Of a stretch of DNA of 64,000 nucleotides, positions 1-12,657 are shown piece by piece. Under the pieces are notes generated by a model. That model was not told where the DNA came from. It saw only the letters and a list, made by a program, of their open reading frames with translations, and did no database searches. Source of the stretch: Ostrea edulis (taxonomy: Eukaryota); NCBI RefSeq assembly GCF_947568905.1, contig NC_079167.1, positions 83,452,001 through 83,516,000 on the forward strand, written 5' to 3'. Position numbers and translations under genes: made by a program. Positions within the stretch are counted from its first letter, which is position 1, and the number at the start of each line of letters is the position of its first letter.

Positions 1-130
1 GACAGACTGACACTGAATGCTGTCCAAACTCAGTTCTTCGTTTTCCTCATCTTCACAGTCATCGGTAGAAAATGACAGGACTGGGTCCACCAGAAAGTAG
101 CCCTCCCCATCTGCATGTTGTTTGTCTTTA
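1..130 (-). CDS. AGL: AGL third coding exon (partial)
   Basis: ttttgacag|T acceptor; reads KDKQHADGEGYFLVDPVLSFSTDDCEDEENEELSLDSIQCQSV. Confidence 0.88.
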
Positions 131-3100
131 CTGTCAAAATACAGTGATGTTAGAGTTACCATACACTTAGGACATGTTCCATGAAAAAGGCTTGTATTGA
201 CTCCCATTTGGAATGTTTTTTCAAAGTGCCAAACTGTGGTAATTTTTTGTGGTAACTAAAAATATTAATACTCAGGATGAAGAAAATGTAAAAAATAAAA
301 TTATAAAAGTATTCTTTCACTTTTAATTTCATTTTTTTAAAAACGGTTACTAACGTCACATTTTTATGACGGAACACTTGACGGAAAATGAATTAGCAAT
401 TAATAAATCTTCTGTTTACTAAATAAGTTATGAAATTATTTAACTACATGGCTCTCTTAATGAAAGGTTTAAATGTAATCTATATACATTACATCGAGAC
501 CAATGTTTGTTGTGCTTTAATAATGACTCCGAATCTTTTATTTTCTGTCAATGCTAATGTCGGTTCTTGACGGAACTTTTTTTATGCTAATGTTATTGTT
601 TGACGGAACAAAATCTTGCAGAACTTTTTCGCAGTGATGTATATCATGACAGAGTACAAGTAGTTTCCCATGATGAGTTTTTATTGCAATAAAATAGTCT
701 TTGAATTCATAAACCGGTAGTTTGACGTACAATTTAGTATAAATAGAACGATTTCTTATGCTAACGTCACATGTTGCTAACATCAGCAATTTTGACAGAA
801 AGTCTATCGCTTGAAGTTTTACGTAAATCTGGATACCTCATTCACTCAACCTGCCATTCAATTGGAAAATCCCATTACAACGCCCCTTGCAGGGAGAGGT
901 GTAATAATAATAAAGAACCACAACTCTTACAATGGTTTGGTAAAGAAGTGTGCTAATGTCACATTGTGTCGGGTAGAGTTTGACAGAATGATGTTAGACC
1001 AAATATCAATGTAATTTCTTAAGTTAAATATTTTGTTTAAAGAAAATAAAATCTGTTCCACAATTTCATTATGACTTTTAATGCTTAATTCCAGAAAAAT
1101 AATCAAAGCAAATTGTTTTGCAGTACATCTCTATGTACATATGTACATTAGTGCTAACGTCAATATGTTTGACAGAACGAAATTTACAAAAACTGCTTAC
1201 TTTGAATTTACTTTTGTATAATTTGTTTTCATAAATAGTTTGCAATTTTTTTAATAAAAATTAAGTAAAAGTACATACATTTTTTTTACATCTTTTTCGC
1301 CCCTTGTTTTCTTATTTAAGTTGAAATAAAGTACCTGAGAAGGTGGGTACCACTTCTCACGGGAGTTAATTCTGTCAATTTTTCTCATATTTTGAACATT
1401 CACACACCAAAATAATTTTAACAATTTATGTGTGGCAAAATATTTTTGATTTTATAATTAACTCTAGTCCATTCAAGTTTGTAATTAAAAACATTCTTTA
1501 CTTTTTGAGCATATTTATTTTTAAATACGGAGGGGAAAAAATTGACGGACATTTTATGCTAATTTGGTGGAATATGTCTTAGGCATTAAAGACTTGCTGT
1601 ATGAAAAGCCATGCATACAAATTGTATCTCATTACGATGCTTCTGTTTGTGCCTATTCATCCGAGATACAAAAAACAGAGCAATATGACTATTTCGTTTT
1701 CTTGTACATTTATAAAAAACAGAGCAATATGACTATTTCGTTTTCTTGTGCATTTATTAATAGCAAGCACTTCCTTAGAAAATACCTGGAATGAAAAAGT
1801 GGCCTATATATATTCCTTTAGTTAGGAATGTATTTAGTTAAAATATATCTTGTTTATAACTTCCTTAAAGCTTTATATCTGTAACAAAATAAGCAATAGG
1901 AAATGTTCAGCATAATTTGATGACTCGGTGCAGGTTATGAATAATCCCAGGTATGACAAATAAGCAGAGTCAGTGAATTTACATCTCCCACTTCAAATTC
2001 TACTCATTCAATTTGTGCATTTGAAGGAAACGTTTCGGTTGTAATTTAATCATACTACAACATGTATCAGAGATATCTGTTTATACTTCAGGGGTAAGAT
2101 AAAAAAATCAATGAGGGATAAAAATTTTAATTCAAGTAGTTGAGGGACAGGGGGGTACAAATCGTTTTTTTTCATAAGAATTAATGTGAAAATTTCTTTC
2201 ATAAAGAGCAAATATTAATTGAAACATAACAAAATTAAAACATTAAAGATGGACAGATAGACCAAATTAAATATTTCCTTCACTTCTGTAGACATGGGAG
2301 ACAATAACAAGCTGTAATACATCATTTTATAATATATGATGTTCCAAAAAATTGAAGTAACTATAAAATTTCCAATGTTTCACACTGACTCAAATACAAC
2401 CACTTCAAAACACGTTTTTAATTCACATAAAATTCATGACACAGAATGAACAGGAAGTTTGACGGATTCAATGAGACAAACAAGATCAGTTAGATAACAC
2501 AGGAAGTTAATCAGTGTACTTCACAATTCTCTATTCCCTTTATGTTTTTCATCTACTGGTTAATGACAAGCCATTTTTTCTCTATACTAATGTTTATATA
2601 ACTCAGTAATTACTGTGACATTTAACAGAAGCATAATAAGACCATTTGCAGTTGTCCTTGTCACGACAAGTAAAAGGTCCAGAATTCTTTGGAGGAAAAA
2701 AACAAAAGATATTGAAACACTTCATGATAAACAAAATCTGACTGTGTTACATGTACATACAACATAAAACTGATACTGTGTTAAATTAACAATAGTTTGT
2801 GCCATCTACAAAAATATATGTTGTATTAGGAATAATTTTCTACTCAAAACACTGCACTTGAACTTTTTATCTGCGTTACATGTAATGAAATATATATGGT
2901 ACCTTCCATCTGCTGTGAAGTAATAGTTGAATGACCCTGCAGTGTTGATCTGAGCCTCGGCATACACATCATGTCGGTCAATCTTAGAACCACTGGGGCT
3001 GTTCCACTCGAGCTCTGTGTACTTGGTCCGATCAAACGGTACACTTTTATTTGTGGGGTGATTGGAAAATATTCTGACAGGACTCACAAACAGTGAAGGT

Positions 3101-3744
3101 CCCAAGTTAAATCTTAGGATCCATCCTGTTAAAAAATAATTGTGACTCAAGTGTTTTGCAGAGTTTGGTAATACCGATTTTCACATTTAATTGTTACTTG
3201 AAAATGATCTCATATTTTCTGCATACACTCATACATGAGACTGAAGATCCTCTTATCCAGAAGCAAGTTCACTGTTCTGATAGCAACAAATAATCAATCA
3301 TAATATTCTATAATGATAGTGCATTTAACACATGCATAAGTGCAAAATATGTGTGATTATAAGCAATACATTATAATCTTTACTACATGGTAAAGAGAAA
3401 ATAACAATTATATTTTACATGGACATGCATTTGTATTTACAAAGTTATTACATATATGAAGTCACTTATTAGAGAGTTATATTCCTTTTCTATTGCAATT
3501 CCAGAACTTTAATTTGATGACCAAAACATTTTAATTACCCCCCCCCCCCCCCCCATTGTTTCTGTGAAATATGAATGTAATGTATACAGTACAAGGCTAT
3601 GTGCTAGTTAAATTATTTTGCTGAATTAACGACTGGTAGATTACACATGTAGTTAGGTTGCCTACCTTTCTGTAGTCTGTACAGAGTTGTCTCCCTGTTT
3701 TCTCCTCCATTGAGAGTCAATACTCTGATCTGCTTTGTATGCAT
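1..3744 (-). CDS. AGL: Glycogen debranching enzyme, 5' coding exons 3744-3666, 3125-2903 and 130-<1 (gene continues off the window)
   Basis: The spliced translation MHTKQIRVLTLNGGENRETTLYRLQKG/WILRFNLGPSLF...AGSFNYYFTADG/SKDKQHADGEGYFLVDPVL...SLDSIQCQSV matches the AGL N-terminus as I recall it (human KQIRILLLNE..TLFRLEQG-YELQFRLGPTL..SGSFQYYF..GGGYIVVDPIL). Junctions are GT-AG with consistent phases (1, 2), and there is an in-frame stop just upstream of the ATG at 3744. Confidence 0.93.
2903..3125 (-). CDS. AGL: AGL second coding exon
   Basis: ttaacag|GATGG acceptor, GGAAG|gtacc donor; contained in ORF 2806..3150. Confidence 0.92.
3666..3744 (-). CDS. AGL: AGL first coding exon (exon acceptor at 3761-3760, 15 nt of UTR before the ATG)
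   Basis: ttttag acceptor, ATG CAT ACA AAG CAG ATC AGA..., donor AAAG|gtagg; 79 nt coding. Confidence 0.9.
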
Positions 3745-4074
3745 AGTTTCTTCTCAACCCTAAAATGGAAAATAAAAGCAGGGTATATATTATACAAGAA
3801 TTCTTCTTCTGTGAGGTAAAATTTTATCATACCCATTGTTCAGCTTCTGATTTGATGAATATTTTATATCTATAGGTATTAATTCTAGGTATCTCTCACT
3901 TACTCTATGACCCTTCATTTCTTCCTCTCTCTCTCTCTCCACCAGATATGGTGTTTATTCTTTGTTTCATAGACAACATATCTGGCATAATCTGATATTG
4001 ACACATTGTCATTCTAGATCAAAATTAATTCTAACATGTCTGATGCCTTATAGATGGATTCTGGCCTGTAGGTT

Positions 4075-4290
4075 ATTAAACTTTTTTTATCACGCTTTCG
4101 TACTCAAAACTCCGTGCTCTAAATCGTACTCATACTCAAAAGTGAAGGTTATAAAACTTTTATAAAATCTTTTTCATACTAAAATGGAGTACATGCTCAA
4201 GATTTTTCGAGTTGCTTTGGAGCTTGCTCAGAGTTGTAATCAAAACAAACATGGTTGAGTTTGAGTATGAGTTCGATAAAAGTTTTATAC
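4075..4290. mobile_element. Degenerate MITE-like inverted-repeat element
   Basis: aacttttttatc..gtactcaaaactc pairs with gagtttgagtatgagttcgataaaagtt. Confidence 0.4.
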
Positions 4291-4431
4291 ACACTTTATG
4301 TGCAAATATTTCCTTTAGTTCTTAATCAAAAATAGAATTTGTGTAGCGACATAACATTAATGGAGCGGATCTCAGATTTGATTTTAATCAGATTGTGAAT
4401 ACAGAGGTTTTAATATACATCATAAATAAGA

Positions 4432-4432
4432 T

Positions 4433-4460
<28 letters not shown>
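4432..4460. repeat. (TA)n microsatellite (another at about 5998-6026)
   Basis: Direct reading of the sequence. Confidence 0.9.
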
Positions 4461-4465
<5 letters not shown>

Positions 4466-5994
4466 AAATAAAAATATGGATATGTATGTTCTAAGTAAAT
4501 TTGAATTTCAAAAACTGGAAATAAAAATGTCTTGCTTTTTCTATTGTATTCATTTTGTATTCACCTCATTTTGGCCCACTAAATATTGAAATTTACACCC
4601 TATGCAGGCTATCACTGTCAAATATACATGTAAACACTCAGACTTGCATAATTACAACTTAGTACATCCTTCTCTATAAATTACTTTATTGAACATTCAG
4701 AAATATTAGTTTTGGATTATAAATTATAGAGATTTCAGAATTTGTGAAAGATCATAATTAATAATTTTTGTATTACACTGTACCAGGAAAATTTCACTTC
4801 ATTTTACTTCTGCCCATTTAGCCTGAAATCCTTTGTGGGCAAATTAAAACTGGGCTAATTCAACAAAATCTGTTATAGACCGTATTACTGAATTTTCAGT
4901 ACAAGTCGAAGGTAGCAAAATAGCTCTGGTCTGGACAAAATTCAGAACAGGGAGAAATTCCTTTATTCAGTGTATCAAGACCAAAATAACATGATGTAAA
5001 CCACACCCAGTACAGAGAATCAGTTAACTTAAGCTATACAATGTCTCAAATGGGTGATCTTGTTTTATTTTCTGTTTTTATCACTTTACATTGAAATCAT
5101 ATATATATATACTTGTTGTGGTGAGAAATCCAAAATTTTACGGTCAGAAAAAAACCAGAAGCCAAAATAAGATCCAGAGTCAGAATGTCCTCATCCTTCT
5201 GAAATTCCATTTTATAATATTCAATATTTGTACTATTTGAAAGCCTCAAAGGTTTGCTATTATCGTGACAGAGATTTATCACTTGATTACAAGTTACAGG
5301 CTACAATATAATTCCTTTGAGCTCATTTTTTATTTAATATATTCAAGGAGCATAAACAGGAGAAAATTCAAATTTGAGTGATTAAAATATAGCTCTTTGA
5401 ATCTACACTTAAAAATATGTCAACCAACCGGTACTTTCCACAGGTGCTTGAGGACAGGACACAGCACTGTAAGATAGTTCAATGTGGTATTTTTTGATGA
5501 AATGTTTATGTTTATTTTCAGAGTTGTACCATAGGATGAAGCAAAAATATGTCATACACAAATGATGGACTAAAAAAGAGTCACAAGAGACCCAGGGGTC
5601 AACATTCTTGGGGGTGGGGGTGGGTGCTGTGTCCTGTCCTCTTGAACTTACTTCAATATCTTAAATTTGAAAGTACACTGTACTTAAAACTAGCTGGACC
5701 AACAACATGAATTATAGATTTAAAAACTGACTCCAAGAACTGTCATGTGGCATTGTGCAAGAATACCAACTTTGTAATTCATTCATCGGATTTCTCATTA
5801 ATTCATTTCGAATTTCAAAATGTGTCTATTCGTAACTGGATACATGTCTATAACATAACGAGTTAAATGATGCATACTTTTACAGATCTATAAAATACAG
5901 TTGATTATTGTAATTATGTAATTGTCCAGCTCCTGACCTGCTCTCCTCTCCAATTCAACTCATGGAGTTTTGTATGCAAAAAAGGTTTGATTTG

Positions 5995-6033
<39 letters not shown>

Positions 6034-7196
6034 GGAACTTATTTCAACCCAAATGGAAATTAAAATTGAATTCCCAATTAGGACATAAGTAACTTTTATT
6101 CAGTTCAAGTTTTTTTTTTTCCAACCAAAAGTATATGTATGTGGATGGATGGGGATGTTGCAGTTACAACCTCAGTGACCCCCTTTTAAGATCATTCACT
6201 GCACTTTAATCATTAAGAATTCGAAAGTCATAGGAAGGTATATTGTGATAGGAGGGACTTTTTTGAACACATCAGTTTTCTATGCTCTATAAGAATTGAG
6301 AAATGTGCACGAGTTTTAAAAGCTCCAAACCACACTGGGTCTAATACCCATGAGAATTAATTATCACTGGTCTAATGACTTTTTAAATTCATGTAATTCC
6401 CTGTTTAGAGTGAAGACATCTTTGTGAGCCAAGTGTCTCATTAGATGAGAGTAAGTGAATTGGACACTTGGCTTGTGAAGAATGATGAGTGAAGATTGAC
6501 AACCAAAATAACTAATTCATTCTTTTTGTTCCCAAGCAAAATTATATGTAACAATCAAAATTATATTTTTAAAAGCTGATAATCAACAGCATCATGGTTT
6601 TTAAATTCTAATTAGGCCTATAATCATGGAAAAATTGTGATGTAATTTATTCCTTGTAGCACAACTAACTTGGAGAGACGAATGTCAGACTAAAACTGCA
6701 AATCTATGGTGTAAAACATTTTAAAAATCTTATTTCACGTATTTCAGAAGAATTGTATACTTAATTTTTAATATGACAGTGAAATGGAAGGAAATATGCT
6801 GACACGTTTGTTTTGTGTGGTCTTTTAAAAGTCTTTGACCTACATTGCAGTACTGTACATGTGTGTCGCCGTGTATATTGAGTGGAGCCAATATGACAGA
6901 ACAGTGACAATCAAAATGCATGTCATGCATTTACAAATGCACTGCATAATTCGAACATACCCAGTAAATTAAAAAAAAAAAAATCCATATTCCTTAAAGT
7001 AGTTGGCCTAATCATCATTATTTACAGTAAAAACATTAAGTAGGCAAACTTTTATTTTATATTTTTTTTTAGATCCACCACTCTACATTGCAAACTGTTT
7101 TCAAGTCCACCATGATATGCAAAGAGACTTACTTACAGAAAAGCTTTACAAACAAACTCAAATTTTTACTCCTTACAAATTATTTCTTTTTCCTAC

Positions 7197-7320
7197 CTGA
7201 TGGGTGATCGACAATGATCGCATTGGAAAATGCCGTCTGCTTCTCGACTAAACGGCCTTCATTATGCAGGGTGACCGCATTCAAGGACTGCATCAATCAT
7301 CCGAAAATAACAGTCATTCG
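7197..7320 (-). other. AGL: Putative non-coding first exon of AGL (5' boundary uncertain)
   Basis: Consensus donor CAG|gtagga at 7196 ends a GC-richer island next to the PPIL3 promoter. The AGL exon starting at 3759 has an acceptor and so needs an upstream exon. Confidence 0.55.
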
Positions 7321-7559
7321 CCAAAATAAATAAATAAATAAAAAGATAAAATAAACACAAAATTTTTATTTGATAATCGTTATTTGAATTATTATATTTT
7401 TTTTTTTACAGATTAATTATAAAAGAATGAATGAATAAGCCGCAACATAAGAAATATTTGTATAGCTACAACGTAGTTTCGAATACAGGGGTTGGGTAAA
7501 ACGTTGGTAAACGTTTTTAAGCTAAACGTTTTTGAAAGTTGCGAGTGAAAAAACTTAAA
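7320..7559. promoter_or_regulatory. Putative bidirectional promoter between AGL and PPIL3
   Basis: Divergent genes; under 370 bp separates the putative AGL exon-1 donor (7196) from the PPIL3 ATG (7560). Confidence 0.5.
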
Positions 7560-8045
7560 ATGGCTGTTACATTACACACTGATTATGGAGACATCAAGAT
7601 AGAGTTGTTTTGTGAACAATGTCCGAAATCTTGTGAGAATTTTCTTGCTCTTTGTGCGAGTGATTACTACAATGGTTGTGTGTTTCATAGAAACATTAAA
7701 GGCTTCATGGTTCAAACGGGTGACCCCGAAGGCACAGGTAAAGGTGGCACAAGCATATGGGGAGATAAATTCGAGGACGAACTTTCCGACACCTTAAAGC
7801 ACAACGTAAGGGGCGTGGTTTCCATGGCAAACAATGGACCAGACTCCAATGGTTCTCAGTTCTTCATAACCTATGACAAACAGCCGCATCTTGACTTGAA
7901 GTATACAATTTTTGGTAAAGTCATAGATGGATTTGATACACTTGATGAAATAGAAAAACAACCTGTAAACGAAAAGAACTACCGTCCTTTGAATGATATA
8001 CATCTACTGAATGTGACGATACATGTTAATCCACTGGCAGGCTGA
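7560..8045 (+). CDS. PPIL3: Peptidyl-prolyl cis-trans isomerase-like 3 (cyclophilin), intronless, 161 aa
   Basis: MAVTLHTDYGDIKIELFCE..FHRNIKGFMVQTGDP..SMANNGPDSNGSQFFITY..HLDLKYTIFGKVIDG..YRPLNDIH; near-identical in layout and length to human PPIL3 as recalled. The real start is the ATG at 7560, not the TTG at 7539. Confidence 0.96.
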   Translation: MAVTLHTDYGDIKIELFCEQCPKSCENFLALCASDYYNGCVFHRNIKGFMVQTGDPEGTGKGGTSIWGDKFEDELSDTLKHNVRGVVSMANNGPDSNGSQFFITYDKQPHLDLKYTIFGKVIDGFDTLDEIEKQPVNEKNYRPLNDIHLLNVTIHVNPLAG

Positions 8046-9035
8046 TCAGTTCGGAATTTGACTTTCTTTGATGGATGGCAGCTTAGTGATATCAAAGTAC
8101 ATGTAATGACGGAGAAACTAAGAAAAGTGGCATCTAACATTCAGACTCATTTTGAAAATCAATGTATATCAGTATGATGCTTTCACATATATTAGTTTAT
8201 TCACCAATCAAGGGCCCTCGGGGGGCATGTACATGTTAACATATGATTATAAATTTACATGGGGGAGGGGTCATTGTGCATGTGAATGGATTTGTTTGTT
8301 TTGCATATAATCATCATAAAGTGAATTATTTGAATTTTCGTGAGCTGTTTTTCTGTAGACATGTCGGTAATGAAGTTGGTAGAATTTTTCCACATCACAA
8401 GCAGGTCTTGCAGTGTTCGAAATTGGTTGAAAACTTGATATAGACCATGGGTCTATTCCAAAACAAGATGACATGGACCTCATTGAATTGGTTTAGACCC
8501 CAACATTGAAAAAAACGATCACGTCAAAACATTTCCATTTACTTCTAATGTACTTGGAAAGTATATTTTCTTTCCATAACAAAATCTTCCTTTCCTCATA
8601 ATATTTATCAGACGTCAACTGACCATGTAGGGTCCTTTGGTATAACTTATTAGATATTGCTTTAAATCTAGAAAATCGGCATAGACTATTTGGTCTATCT
8701 CAATACATGTATATGGCATAGACCAGTGTCATTTGGCATAGACTAAGTCTATGGTTAATAATGGTCTTGGTTTGAATTAACTGTGCCAGGTCAGACTGGT
8801 AATAATTAAGTGCTTAGTTGAACATGTTGGTAGTAAAAGTTAATTATGGCTCTCTGGGGAGACCATATATTAAACTGAGGCCCTTTGTCAAAGTAGTGAA
8901 CTAGTGCAATAATAAGAACTTTGAGACACTATATTAAATAGTATGCCTGGCATAACCTAGCATACTGGGACTTGGTTAAGGCAACAAAACAAAAGCATAT
9001 CAATGGGAGCTTCCTCATCATCACAAGCCATAACA

Positions 9036-9340
9036 AATGCCCCGGTTCAGGTACCCCCAGACTCTGTAAGCATGTAACTAACACCCCGGTTCAGGTACCC
9101 CCAGACTCGGTGAGCATGGATAGTGATGGTGCTATCGCCCCGGTTCAGATACCCACAGACTCGGTAAGCATGACTAGTGATGGTGCTAACACCCCGGTTC
9201 AGGTACCCCCAGACTCGGTAAGCATGTACCTATCACCCTGGTTCAGGTACCCCCTGACTCGGTAAGCATGGCTAGTGATGGTGCTATCACCCCGGTTCAG
9301 TTACTCCCCGACTCGGTAAACATGGCCAGTGATGGTGCTT
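9036..9340. repeat. Minisatellite, about 52-bp unit
   Basis: accccggttcaggtacccccagactcggtaagcatg(gctagtgatggtgct) x about 6. Confidence 0.85.
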
Positions 9341-10883
9341 TGTAATAAAAGTAATCCATTGTATCCGAGATACACGTTTTCATACATAAATCTATATGTA
9401 ATGAAAATCAGTTTGTTTTAAGTGTTAATTCATTGTAAAGGCGTTCACTAATTCTGTGCTTTACCAAATATCATGGCATGAAATTTGTCTCATAAAATGC
9501 AAGCCTGTTGCACCTCAAATTGTCGCCCCATCCCTAATCGTCATTGGTGACGATGTGGGATGACATTTCACCCCAAATAGTCGCCCGGCATCCCACATCA
9601 TCGCCCTGGCGACAATTTGGGACGAGATTGCACTATTATTATATAGGGGCAATGATTTGGGATGCACTATAGTGCACCCCAAATCGTCGCCTGCCAATAT
9701 TTTATTAATGTTTTGAGGATAGATTACACAGTATTTATTTCATTGTAATCCTTCTTACGGGGGGGGGGGGGGGGGGGGTTACATAGGTTTCACTTTGTCT
9801 GTCTGTCCACAATCATATCTCTGCTGTTTGTCAATTGGGCTGAAATTTTGTATGTAGATTACAAGTGAACCTCTGACACGCCTCCCCAACAATGAGAATT
9901 CTGGATTTTCAGCAACTCTGCAATATTTCTGGTGTTTGTGAACCGAAATGTGCTTCCCATAACATGAAATCTCTTGATCACGAGCTCAATGCACCGCAAG
10001 CTGTTATCATAGCAAACTATTTTCGACTGTCACTCTGGTGTTTGTGAACTGATTGAGCTGAAATTTTGTATGTAGGTTATTTGGGACTAAGCACATAGGT
10101 TTCATTTATTTGTTTGTTAATTTATTTATTTAAAGAAAGACATAGAAAGAGAGCACAAGTTAAACAGACCAAAAAATATTGAAAAATAAAGAGGAAAGGT
10201 AGGCGTTTCTCGAGGTTTTCACACGGTGTTTAACAGGCGTAATCTAATATAATCTGAGGTCACTAACAAATCTGCGGTGCACAAGACCTAACAACGCCAT
10301 GATCAGCAGAATGACCCTACAACAAAAGGCAAAATGATTTATTGTCAGACACTTTCTCTCTTTGGAGGTAAAGTCTGGACAACAAAAACAATTTCATATA
10401 GAAAACAATGACACCACCACCACAACAAATATAACTCTTTCAATAGTAACAACACCACAACCAACCAAAACAACAAATACTGTGATCATAATAAATCTTT
10501 TTTTTTTTTAAATGATACAACAGAACAAGTAAAAGACGAAGTAGAAGATTAAAATGTTTTGCTTATAGGGTCCAGAGAACCTTTTGTGGTCATAGGTGGA
10601 CCACAGAAAAAGAAAGAGGAGGAGAGGAGAAGGATTTAACAAACGGGGCCAGTTTGTATGTACATGAGGTTTCCAAATAGTTGCAGCAAGGGGGACGACT
10701 ATTTGGGGGGGTGAGGTTATGCCCAAATTGTCGCCAGCGATTTGGAGTGTAACACTGCCACTAACGTGAAAGAGTGAACATTTTAAAAAGAATGATGACC
10801 ATTGTATAATGGTACACTTCATCAGATGCCTTGAATATTAAAATCTTAATGTAATCACTGCAATTTGCAAATTTATGGGTTAA

Positions 10884-11202
10884 GGAGGTGTGCTACACCA
10901 GAGAAATTTGACGTAAATGAAAAGTGGAGGGTATGTACAATAATATTTTGAAGCTGAAAATTTTCAAATTTACTTTATTTTGTCAAAAAATACAGTTTTA
11001 GTGGAACGTAATCTGAAAAAAAAATTAAAACTCCTGCTGGACTCGAACCTCCAACCTACAGGTCAACAGTCGGTATTCTAACCTACTGAGCTACTCGAGT
11101 AGGTATTTAAATCGAAAAGGAAAAGCCAAATATTGCTGATATCAATTTTTTCATCCATGTTTTTAAAGGAAGTCGGCCATTATGACGATGTAGAGTACTA
11201 CC
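10884..11202 (-). mobile_element. TTAA-flanked non-autonomous DNA transposon (Kolobok-like MITE, family A) with an internal tRNA-derived cassette
   Basis: TTAA at 10880-83 and 11203-06; imperfect TIRs (GGAGGTGTGCTACA / GGTAGTACTCTACA); a homologous copy lies at 44525-44850. Confidence 0.75.
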
Positions 11203-12555
11203 TTAATCAAGTGGACTCTTTCATGCACAAAACTTTAGATAATAATAAAATGGACCTTGACCTTGTCTGCATCATGTTATGTCAAGGTCATCATGAACTT
11301 TCATCATGCAGACAAATATAAAAAGAATTCTTAAACCTATAGTTAAATCTTGCCGAACTGCTCTCCTTAGTACATTACTCTGCTAAAATAAAATGTTTAC
11401 TTTTAGAATATGGGAAGTAATACACACTAAGCCCCTCCCCCAAAAAAAATTAAATCTGAAGGTGCAATCACATATATTTATTACTGAAAAATTGATTATT
11501 ACATTATTCAAATATAATAAATAACAAATAACCATACAAGTCGGAGAAACGCATTGAAATATGTTAGTTTAAACACTTAACTATGAGTGAAAGAACCATG
11601 ATACATACTGCAGTGAAAAAAAATCCGAAATAATTATCAGAATACTTATATACAACATACATATAACTCAGGATTACTTTCAGACAAAAAGAAACAACTT
11701 AACCTAACTTGAAAATTAATTCTGACTCACGGACTAAATTGCAAGTAACATACTAACTTGTTGAAATTTTCATCAACAGGTACCAGGTATGTTGGTTCTG
11801 CATGTTAATAACTGGTAATACTGATAACAGATGTTGCATCATCATTCCCAATCATGTGGAAGAAGACATGCATGCAAAGTAATCTTTACTCGCATCTTGT
11901 CGCGTCAATTTCAACTGAACCATTAGTGTGATCTTGCTCCAAAGCCAGCTGTAGACACACGATGATTCAAATAACTTCAGTGATGCATTCCACATCCAAA
12001 ACTGAGCCCCCAAAAGTGTTACAATGTCCTTCACTGTCTGTCGTCTCTGTTCACTGAGACTGTATACAATATGATATAAAAATTCAAAGCATTTTCTTAA
12101 TACAGTGTACTTAAAAGAAAAGAAAATTCTTATTGACATGCCCTTGTTATTCACAGACTTGGTTATAAAAATGCAAGTCCAAACATCAAAATAATAATTG
12201 GTAAGTAGAGAAATCTCCACTGTCTGTTTTACTACAAACAATAAATACTCTGACATACAGTGTAAACACTCTATATATTGTCCATGTTTATATACTTAGT
12301 GATATGACCTCTGCAGCTAGTCAATGAGCCTCTATGAAAGACAAGTCCAGGATTCCGTAACTTAACTCCATCTATTTGCAGCACACATTGTCATTTTCCA
12401 TTTCCACTTCACACTCGGCACATCAATCCACACATGTAAGTTTGTATGGGAGACAAGATACACGCACCAAATACAGAACTGATAAACAATAAACACGTCA
12501 ACAGGAAAAAAAGTCTACAATAAATTATAACAAGGACGACTGTAAATTGTCTGTA

Positions 12556-12657
12556 TTATTTTTCGGTCATTTTCTTCTTTTTCACTAGGGCTATAAGTTC
12601 TGTTGCAGCATTGTTGTAGCCAATCATGGTACTAACAGCAGCCACATTCATGATTCC
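12556..12657 (-). CDS. ZZEF1: ZZEF1 terminal coding exon
   Basis: ttcag|GGA ATC ATG..GAA AAA TAA; phase 0 after exon 13014-12943. Confidence 0.8.
   Translation of the reverse strand, partial: GIMNVAAVSTMIGYNNAATELIALVKKKKMTEK

Noticed and set aside
340-1560. Recurrent ttgacggaac / gctaacgtca motifs and short ORFs in the AGL intron
   Set aside because: Probably a decayed transposon, but no termini, TSD or protein similarity could be established.
11031-11100. Functional tRNA genes here and at 44680-44749 and 23970-24040
   Set aside because: A and B boxes are present but the anticodon and acceptor stems do not pair. Treated as tRNA-derived cassettes within MITEs.
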